The notes beneath the pieces are model-generated. The model ran no database searches and had not been told where the DNA came from. It saw only the letters and a program-made list of their open reading frames with translations. A stretch of DNA of 64,000 bases from the human T2T-CHM13v2.0 reference genome, Homo sapiens. Each line of letters begins with the position of its first letter. Position 1 is the first letter of the stretch. Below are positions 48,343-58,149 of the stretch, in pieces. Location: NCBI RefSeq assembly GCF_009914755.1, contig NC_060927.1. One strand, 5' to 3'. The translations under genes were made by a program, and so were the position numbers.

Positions 48343-49704
48343 CAGAATTATAGGAGTCTCACACAATTCTGGAATGCACACTAATAACATATTTATACAA
48401 ATACACCCCAAAAAAAACAAACACCATTTCATAGTTGACAATGCTTCCTCCATGATTTTCACATACCAGATAAGCCAAATATCTCTTCTGGACTTCAGGG
48501 AAGCTAGTATCTAAATGTTAATGATGTCAACAAGGGCTGCATTTATAACTTTAAATTTTGATTTGGGAAGGTTTATCAAATATTATAAGTTTAAAACACT
48601 TGATATCACAAAGTAATATCACAGATCATTCATCTATTTGAAGTGATAACTCAAAAATTTCAAAAGGCAAGAAGCTTTTGTCTTCAATAGAGGAGGCTCA
48701 GCTTTCCAAACAAGACCAAATAAGACAACATGTGGCCAAGTAAACCTGTCTATTCGCTCTTTTCTTGTTTTTTCCTTGTTTTCCTACAATTTACTAGAAA
48801 GGCAAACAAAAATATTTCTTTATCTCTCAATATTACACAACAATCTTGTTCAAAAGAGAAATGCAAATTCCACCTTTGCATTAGTGTACTATTAATGTTA
48901 AACACAATTTCTAATGAAACCTTGTAAACAAATCTATCCATTCTTAATCATTTTGACCATAAGGTAAGATTTTTATAAAACTTTTGTAACTTTTTACAAT
49001 TTTCTATTAAAGAGCAGATCAATGCTCCAAGGAAACCATGTTATTCTGACATATGGGCCCAGATTCTGGTCCTGTATCAGTGTGCTTTCTATCTTAATGT
49101 ATAATTTATAGAAAAACTAACTAACTCCCTTTAGGTTTTGGCCAACTTGCTCATGCCGACAAAACTTCCTTTAAAATACCAATTTTTCACAAATCTACTT
49201 TTTCTTTGGTTTTATTCTACCATTCTTTTAACTTAGGACAATCCTTAAAATCTCTAAATGAGACTGAATTACTTTCCCTTTAACAAAAACTATATCCCCA
49301 TGCCTTCTTATAATCTTTTACCAAAACACATTCCATTTTCCTTATACTCCTCACATGTAAAACTATGTCCCTACCAGTCTCAATTACATATGTTACAATG
49401 TTAACTCTTAGCAACTTTTATTTTTTGTGATGAACCTAGTAAATAAGCAATTTTAACCATATATCAGATTGCAGATCCCAAGACAAGGACAGAACTGTAG
49501 ACAATGTCTGACTTTTCCCAGCATAGTAAGGTGCTCGGCTGACACCATATGTCCACGGGTCTTACCTAGAATCTAATGGCTATAAAACAGGCAAGTCAAA
49601 CCATTATCAAAAAGGTCACAGAAGAATTTTTTGTCCTTAAATCGTCTAGCAAAGACAATATACAACATGCCCAATTCAAATGAAATGCCTAAATTTTGAG
49701 GACA

Positions 49705-49746
49705 TAGATTTCTCTCACTATCACAATCTTCGCAAAGGTGGTTTCA
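49705..49746 (-). mobile_element. 42-bp stub of the provirus 5' LTR
   Basis: tagatttctctcactatcacaatcttcgcaaaggtggtttca aligns to 45138-45179. Confidence 0.85.
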
Positions 49747-49850
49747 AAGTAACCTGCCTAACACCTTAGAATGCATAAGGGGCAGAAATAAGATTTCACC
49801 TTAGGTCTGTCTAACATTAAAGCATTCTCATTTCTCTATTTTCCACTATC
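49747..49850 (-). mobile_element. MIR, right half
   Basis: aagtaacctgcctaa...taaggggcagaaataagattt...aggtctgtctaac continues the MIR core. Confidence 0.7.
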
Positions 49851-49930
49851 CTTTTATGTCAAGACTGGAGTTGGTGGAGTGGAAAATACAAGAGGTATGA
49901 AAACTATTACTTGTATTCAAGGGGACCACT

Positions 49931-50922
49931 CAATACTCAATTGATTATATTTATAAAACAAATTACTCCAAAACATAGTGGCATAAAGCATCTATATTGC
50001 TATGATAGCAGACTCTTTGTGACAAAAATTTGGACAAGACACAGTGGGGACGGGTATTATCTGCTTCATAATATCTGGGATCTCAGGGGTGGGAAGACTC
50101 AAAGGCTGGGGTATGACTTAATGGCTAGGGGCTAAAACCCTTTGTTAGGCCATTCTTGTGTCACTATAAAGAAATACTGGAGACCAGGTAATTTATAAAG
50201 AAAAGAGGTTTAATTAGCTCATGGTTTTGCAGGCTTTACAGGAAGTATGGTGCTGGCATCTGCTTGGATTCTGGCGAAGCCTCTGGGAGCTTTTAGTCAT
50301 GGCGGAAGGTAAAGGAGGAACATTCATGTCACATGGTGAAAACAGGAGCAAGTGAGAGTCAGAGGGGAAGTGCACACTTCTAAATGGCCAGATATTTTGT
50401 GAACTTAGAGTGAGAGCTCACTTATTACCAAGTTGATGGCCCAAGACATTCATGAGGGATTATCCAAATACCTCTCACCAGGACCCACCTCCAACATCGG
50501 GGATTGCATTTTAACCTGAGATCTGGATGGAGAAAAATATCTAAACTATATCAAACCCTTTTGGAATTGTCTGCATTACAAGTTTGATGAATGATGCTGG
50601 AAATCTGATAGGAGTACAGCTAGAGATATCAGCTATGACATCCACCCATTGCCTTCCTATGTAGCCTGAGGTGCCTCCTAGTATGATGGCTGTGTTCCTC
50701 AAGCGAACACTCCAAAGAAAGTAGGAAGAGGATGAATTACCTTTCTGTGACCTACTCTTAAAAGTCAAAGTTTTATGTCTGCTCTGATCACAAGCCTGCC
50801 TAGATTCCAGATGAGAGAACACAGACATACTTCTCAATAAGAGGAGGGTCAAAACTGCACTGAAGAGCATAAGGAATGGAAGACAGTATTAAGGCCATAT
50901 TCAGTAAATGAAATCTGCCACA
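49931..50922 (-). mobile_element. MLT1F-like MaLR LTR, split by MST
   Basis: acaaattactccaaaacatagtggc...gaagactcaaaggctgggg and terminal aatctgccaca. Confidence 0.75.
50141..50553 (-). mobile_element. MSTB/MSTA-like solo LTR
   Basis: ttaggccattcttg...ggtgctggcatctgcttgg...aaactatatca. 5-bp TSD aaccc (50136-50140, 50554-50558). Confidence 0.9.
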
Positions 50923-51295
50923 TTCTTCACTTGACTAAAATCCTATAAAGAAGCCACTAGATTGGAGAGCATAAGCTAAGCAAGTAACCAAGGGCTACGA
51001 GGTATCTCCGTAGACTTAAAGAAGTAAAACCCCAAGTAACCTCTAGAATGGAATTCTAAGCCGCATGTTTAAACTGCTACTGATTTGAGCTAGTGGCTGG
51101 TGGTTGTTTTTCATGCAATCCTTTCTTTTATTCAGGAACTTAATTTTATTCTGTGTACCCTTGTGCATAGTGCAAAAGATCTCAAGTGATCCTAGGGCTC
51201 TTTAAGCAGAAAAGCTGTCAGTTTTTCTTTGTATTAAGTAGAAAAATGGTTTGAGGAAAGACACATAAGATAAAGCTGCAAGGCAAAAGCCCATG

Positions 51296-51659
51296 TGTAT
51301 TAGTCTGTTCACACACTGCTAATAAAGACAAACCCAAGACAGGGTAATTTATAAAGGGAAGAGGTTTAATTGACTCACAGTTCCACATGGCTGGGGAGAC
51401 CTCACAATCATGATGGAAGGTGAATAAAGAGCAAAGTCACGTCTTACATGGTGGCAGGCAAGGCAGCATGTGCAGGGGAACTCCCCTTTATAAAACCATA
51501 AGATCTTGTGAGGCTTACTCACTATCATGAGAACAGCTTGGGAAAGACCCATCCCCATGATTCAATTACCTCCCACTGGGTCCCTCCCATGCCACGTGGG
51601 AATTATGGGACCTACAATTCAAGATGAGATTTGGGTGGGGACACAGTCAAGCCACATCA
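51296..51659 (-). mobile_element. THE1 (C-like) solo LTR
   Basis: tgtattagtctgttc...gatttgggtggggacacagtcaagccacatca. 5-bp TSD ccatg (51291-51295, 51660-51664). Confidence 0.94.
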
Positions 51660-52169
51660 CCATGTGAACATCTGAAATGCAAGTGCCATTGTAGAAAACA
51701 TACAGCATTGAAGAAATGAATTCTGCTATGAATTTATTTCATAATAACTTTTATGATTTTTTTTTACAAAGGTTACAATTAATATGTGAAACATGGGGAT
51801 ATTTCTGCAATGTGATTCTAACTGCAGCTAATGCATGTTTTTTTCTTTTTTCCTTTTTTAGGAGTGATTAAAATGGAGAAATCTCTTTTTAACCTGCCAC
51901 CACACCAAAACTTTGTAGGCCATTTTTTTCCGCTCTGCCATCTGGAATAAGTGGCAACATACAAAACATCTGTAGGAGTCAATAAGGTCATGTTAGTAAG
52001 GAAAGTGGCTGTTGGAGAGGCAAGAGCTTTCTTTATATGAGAAGTGTGCTAAGGAGGGATAAATGCTAACATGGTGTGTGTGTATGTGTAAGAGATAGAG
52101 AGGGAAATTACCTAGAAGTGGAAACTATTCGGCTAAAAGAATGCATTAATCATTGAACTTCAGATATTT

Positions 52170-52305
52170 TCTGCCTTGTGGGAAAATGATGTTTCCTGAT
52201 CTATTGAAAGTTTTAAAGAAGCTAGAAATATAGATTTTAACTTAAAACTCATATTAATTTTTGAATATTTATAACAAATTCACTTTCTCTAAAATACTCT
52301 GGCAG
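52170..52305. mobile_element. MER103C-like hAT fragment
   Basis: aagaagctagaaatatagatttt...aacaaattca...aaaatactctg loosely resembles MER103C. Confidence 0.35.
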
Positions 52306-52779
52306 AGAATGGGGTTCCTTCATATTCTGTTGTTCCATAGTATAATACTTTGGACAAAGCTCTATTTCCCCTACTTTATCCTTTTTTAGGAGTGATTACC
52401 ACATTGCATTGAAAGCTTTTATGTATGAATCAATATCTTGATTATAAAACAGCTTAAGGATGGCACTGTACATTATTTAATCCTGCATCATTGAAAACCA
52501 GCATAAAGTACAGCATAAAATGTTTCTAATGAAAGCATTAAAAATGATACTTGAAGATTGTTTCAAAGTTAAATGACTTGTACAGCTTAATTTAATCCCC
52601 AAAGACCAAGAAATGGCCTTCAATCGAAAGTGTCCAGGGTTAGCAAATCATATGAGGTAAACCTTGATTTCTTCACAGCCCTTGTTGGCAACATAACATT
52701 TATTGGTCAACTGGTCCAATAAATTATTCTGGAAAAAATTGTATAAACACATTCTCATTTCAAACAGATTCAAACAAAA

Positions 52780-53590
52780 AGATTTACACACGCTGATACA
52801 TCAAAGCCTCTCTTTTGCTTCCTTACTCCCAACCCCTCTTTCAAGGACAATCATGATTCATATTTAGACATGTACATCTCAGCTTCTTTTTCTACACATT
52901 CATGTGCATGTATGTATGTATCACATTTATACAATACTCAAATGAATCCTTTTACGTATTGTTCTGAAACTGGCTTTTTAATGCCACTTAAAGTGTTGGA
53001 TTGCTTTCTTTTCCAGTATGTACCTTCTTTTTTGAGATTGCATAGTATCTAATACGTCAATATATTTAGAAAATAATTGAATAGTGATAGATATTTAAGA
53101 TGTCCTGAGTATTCCTCTTACAAATAAACTTGCAATAACAAACATTACACATGCCCTTTATGCACATATGAACTTGTGTATGTGATACATTTCTAGACAC
53201 ATGTTTTTGGCTAAAAGAAGTAAATTCTTAAAAATATTAATTCATTAAATATTAAATTTATTTTACTAGTACCAATTAGTATCCCTTTTAAATATTTTAA
53301 AAGTTAATATGTATTGTAAGTAAATTAGAATATCAGTTTTCTTGCATTCTTATCAACACAGAGATTTTCAGTGCTTACAATTTTTTCCAGCTTAATGAAT
53401 GAGAACTGATAATTCATTATTGATTTATGTTTCTCTAGATGTTAGTGATTTTAGGTACTATTTTATATTTTTATTTGAAATATCTATTTTCCTTTTTATT
53501 AATTACCTGTTGATATTTGTCTAATTATCTGTGGGCTGTCTTATTTTTATTAGCTTTTAATAAATTGAACATATTAATCCATAATTTCAT
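52780..53590 (-). mobile_element. Ancient L1 (L1ME-like) 3' region, antisense
   Basis: gatagatatttaagatg...acaaataaacttgcaataac and attcattattgatttatgtttctct. Confidence 0.55.
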
Positions 53591-54230
53591 TTTTATTGGC
53601 ATTTTCAAGCTTTATTTAAGTACAATTGACAAATAAAAATTTTAGATATTAAAGTGTACAATATGATGTTTTAATATACATATACATTGTGAGATGATTG
53701 TAACAATAAAGCAAATTAACATTTCCCTTCACCACACATAATTACCTTTTATGTGTGTGTGATGAGAATACTTAATATCTTACCTTAAGTGATACTTAAG
53801 ATCTCTCTCAACAGATTTCAAATATCCAATAAATTATTAACTATAGTCACTACGCTGTACATTATTAGGTTTCCAGAACTTATTCAACTTATAACCAAAA
53901 GTTTGTAGGCTTTGACCATCTCTTCTTTGCCCCAGTCTTCGACACCTAGTAACTACCATTCTATTTCTATAAAGTCCATGTTTTTAGTTTCTATATATAA
54001 GTGAGATAATGTGATATAAGTCTCTCTGTGTCTGGTTTACTTCAGTTAGAATAATGTCCTCCAGGTTTATTCATGTTGTCATAAATGACAGGATTTCCTA
54101 TTTTTAAAGGCTGTGTAATATTCCACTGTGTATATATACAACCTTTCTTTAGCCATTTGTCTATCTGCAGATACTTAGGTTATTTCCATACGTTAGCTAT
54201 TGTGAATAATGCTGTAATGAACACAAGAGT

Positions 54231-54253
54231 GGTATGAGCCACTGTGCCTGGTC
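54231..54253 (-). mobile_element. 23-bp Alu 5'-end stub
   Basis: ggtatgagccactgtgcctggtc matches the reverse complement of the Alu 5' end and sits at a discontinuity in the L1. Confidence 0.65.
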
Positions 54254-55562
54254 AATAGTTCTTTTTAATTTTTAGAGGAACCTCCATAACATTTTCCACA
54301 ATGACTGTACAAATTTACATTCCCACCACAAGTATTTAAGGGTTACCTTTTCTCCTGCTCAAAACTTGTCATCTTTGAACTTTCTGATAAAAGCCATTCT
54401 AACGGGTGTGAGGAGATAATCTAATTGTGGTTATAATTTGCATTTTCCTGATAATTAGTGGTGTTAAGCACCTTCATGTATTCCAGTGGGCTTTCTACAT
54501 GTCTTTTATGGAAAAATGTCTATTCAGGTCTTTGATCATATTTTAATGATTACTTGTTTTTTATGCTATTGAATTACGTGAATTCCTAACATATCTTAGA
54601 TTGAAACCTTCTATCAGACATATAGTTTTTAAATATTTTATTTCATTCTGTAGGTTTCCTTTTACTTCATTTATTGTTTACTCTGATATGCAGGAACATT
54701 TTTGCTTAATGTAGTGTCCCACTTGTTTACTTTTGCTTTTGCTGTCTGTGCTTTCTGTGTCATATCAAAAAAAAAAAAATTCATTGCCAAGACTAATGTC
54801 AAGGAGATTTTCCCCTACGCTTTCTTTTAGGAGTTTTATGGTTTCAGGTTCTCTTTGAAGAGTTTCACCTCTTTAACCCCCTTGGTTATATTTATGCTAA
54901 CTATTTTACCTTTTTGATCCCATTGTAATTGTTTTTCTAATTATTTTTCAGATCATTTGTTATTAATGTAAAGAAACACTGCTATTTTTTGCACGTTAAT
55001 ATTGTGTCCTGCAACTTTAGTGAATCTGTTTATTGATTGTAACAATTTTTGGGGGAAGTCTTTTAGGTTCTATACATATAAAATCATGTTATCTGCAAAT
55101 AGAGATAATTGTACTTCTTCCTTTCCAATTTGGATGTGTTTGTTTATGTTTCTTGCTTCACAGGTCTGTCTAGAACTTCCAGTGATGTGTTAAATAGAAA
55201 TAGTGAGAGTGGACATCCTTGCCTTGCTCTTCATCTTAGAGAAAAAGCTTTCAGATTTCAGATTTTTACCATTGAATATGACATTTCCTGTGAGGTTGTC
55301 ATATATTACCTGTATTGTGTTGAAGTTCATTTTTTCTATTCCTAATTTGTTGAGATATTTTATTATGAAAGATGTCGAATTTTGTCAAATGCTTTTTCTG
55401 CATCTATTGAGATGATCATATGATTTTCATACTTCATTCTACTAATGTAATATGCCATATTTATTAATTTGCATATTTTGAACCATATTATCCCAGGAAC
55501 AAATGCCACTTGCTCATGGTGAGTGATTCTTTTAATGTGCTGTTGAATTTCATTTGCTTGTC

Positions 55563-55684
55563 CAGTTAAACATCAAACAACACGAGTTTGAACTTTGTGG
55601 ATCTACTTATACATAGATTTTCTTCTCCCTCTGTCCTCACTGAGACAGAAAGACACCTATTTTTAAAGGCTGTATAATATTCCG

Positions 55685-55719
<35 letters not shown>

Positions 55720-56106
55720 CATATATATGTATATATATACCACATTCCATTGTGTATATATATACCACCAATCCTACCTCTTTCTCTTCCTCTTTTGTCT
55801 AATCAATGTTAAGACAATGAAGATGAATATTTTTGTGATGATTTACTTTCACTTAATAGTAAATATGTTTTCCCTTTCTTATGGTTTTCTTAATGCTTTT
55901 CTCTAGCTTACTTTATTATAAGAATACAGTATTTAATATAAATATAATATACAAAATATGTGTTAATTGACCTGTTATTGGTAAGACTTCTGATCAAGAG
56001 TTGGCTATTAATAGCTAACTTTTAGGGGAGTCAAAAGATATACATAAATTTTCTACTGTGAAGGATATCAGCACTCCTAACTCTTTCATTGCTTAAGGGT
56101 CGGCTG
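55563..56106. mobile_element. Tigger2a (MER28)-like Tc1/mariner element with a ~113-bp foreign insert
   Basis: Degenerate TIRs cagttaaacatcaaacaa / ttgcttaagggtcggctg followed by TA. Internal gtttgaact...acttatac and agcttactttattataagaatacagtat. Confidence 0.85.
55686..55739 (+). repeat. (TG)n(TA)n interrupted microsatellite
   Basis: Read directly; lies inside the templated insert. Confidence 0.9.
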
Positions 56107-57562
56107 TATTTTGTTGAAAGTTTTGCATACATTTTCATATAGGGTCCTTGTATGACTTTGGTATTAAGATAATGCTGGCCTTATAAAATAATTTTGAAAG
56201 CGTTCTTTCCTCTTCCGTGTTTTGGAAACATTTGAGAAAGATTTGTATTAATTTTTCTTTAATGTTCAATTGTATTCACCAGTGAAGCCATCAGATACTA
56301 AGATTTTCTATGTTGGGAGGTTTTTATATTATTATTACTGAAATAATTTTTTACTATCCATCAATTAAGAATTGATATTTCTTCACAATTTAGTCTTGGT
56401 AGGTTGTATATATCCAGGAATTTATCCATTTATTCTAGGTTATCCCATTTGTTGCTGCATTATTCTTCATAGTGGTCTCTTATGATCCTTTGTATTCCTG
56501 TAGAATCAGTTGTAATGTCTCCTCCATTTCTGATTTTGTCTATTCAGGCTTCTCTCATTTTTTCTTTGTCATTCTAATTAAAGGTTTGTCAACTTTATCA
56601 TTTTTAAAAAACAGTTCTTTTGTTGATCTTTTCAATTGATTTTCTACTTTTTATTTCTTTATTTCTGCTCTGATCTTTTCATTTACTTTCTTGTACTTTG
56701 TGTTTTGTTTGTTCTTTTTCAAGTTGCTTGTAGTATAAAGTTAGGTTGTATATTTTAGATGTTTTTTTCCTTTTTGTAGGCATTTATCACTTTACACTTT
56801 CCTTTTAGAACTTCTTTTCTAGCCTCCCGTAAGTTTCAGTATGTTGTTTTTCCATTTTCATTTGTCTGAAGATTTTTTAAAGTCCCATTTGATTTTATTT
56901 TGATCCATTGTTTGTTTAGGAGCATGTTATTTAGTTTCTGTTCATATGTGAATTTTCTAGTATTTATTTATTTTTCAGTAATAGATTTCTGGAGTCATAC
57001 AATTGTGTGGTTGGAAATGATGCTGGAAATAATTTCGATCTTCCTAAATTTGTTAAGGATTGTTTTGTGTCCTAACCTATGATCTCTCCTGGATAATGTT
57101 TCATGTGTGCTAGAGGAGAATGTATATTCTGCTACTATTGGATGAAATGTTATAGACATGTCTTTTAGATCCATTTGGTCTAACATGTAGTTCAATTCCA
57201 ATGTTGTCTGATTGATTTATGTCCGATCTATCAATTGTTGAAAGCAGGGTATTGAAGTTTCCTACCAATATTATATTGTTGTCTATTTCTCCCATAGATT
57301 AGATAATATCTGGTCTACATATATAGGTACTCTGATGTTGGATGCATATATACATTTAAATTTTTCTATCATCTTGATGAATTGACTCTTTTATCATTAT
57401 GTAATGACCTTATTCTTTGTCCCTTGTCACAGTTTTTGATTTAAAGTGTATTTTCTCTGATATAACTATAGGTACCCCTGCTCTCCTTTGGTTTTCATTT
57501 GCATGGATTATCTGTTTATATCACTTCACTTTCAGTCTATATATGTTTTTAAAGCTGAAATT

Positions 57563-57952
57563 TGTGAGGTTATTAATTGGTCTAATTTCAATATTGTTTT
57601 ATCTCAAGGAATAGGCATCCCTGAAAAGAGGAAGAGACATGAGGATTGGCCATTTGGTGGACCAGTCAGAATACAAACAACATTTATCAATTCAGTTTGT
57701 CATTTTATATTGGTTCATGGGGCCCCGAAACAATTACAATAATAATGTCAAAGATCACTGATCACAGAGCACCATAAAAGATATAATAATGAAGAAGGGT
57801 TTGAAATATTGTGAGAATTGTCATCATGCGACACAGAGACAAGAAGTGAGCACATGCTTTTGGAAAAATGGTACTGATAGACTTGCTCAATGCAGGATTG
57901 CCACAAACCTTCAATTTGTAATTGTAAAATGCAATAAGATGAGATATGCCTA
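57563..57952 (-). mobile_element. Tigger1 terminal fragment
   Basis: aaagatcactgatcacag...gacacagagacaagaagtgagcacatgct...ccacaaaccttcaatttgtaa...gagatatgccta followed by TA. Only one TIR is present. Confidence 0.88.
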
Positions 57953-58149
57953 TAATTATTGAGAAATAATTATGAAGAGATGATCTCCTAATGAATTGGT
58001 AAATTTTAATTATCAATTTCAATATAGTTTAATTAATTTTTATTTTAAATTTCTTTCATAAATTTATTGAGAGAAAATAGAAATATATTCTGTATTAAAC
58101 TTTTAAGTGTTCAAATCATGTTGTTAGGGTAAAAAAGTAAATTCAGTTC

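Larger units (their letters stand above)
45180..49704 (-). mobile_element. MER4-int-like non-coding ERV internal sequence, containing an L1 and a FRAM insert
   Basis: ctgaaacataatttttctctct, gaactttttcataaggaatctcagatt and ccacctttgcattagtgtact are MER4-group internal phrases. No intact ORF. Confidence 0.75.
53600..57560 (-). mobile_element. L1MA (8-10-like) 3'UTR plus ORF2 with internal deletions, antisense; hosts Tigger2a
   Basis: 3' end ctttatttaagtacaattgacaaataaaaat...aaagtgtacaatatgatg. Minus-strand EN peptides MLDQMDLKDMSITFHP...YTFSSS and NIILVGNFNTLLSTIDRS. Confidence 0.88.
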
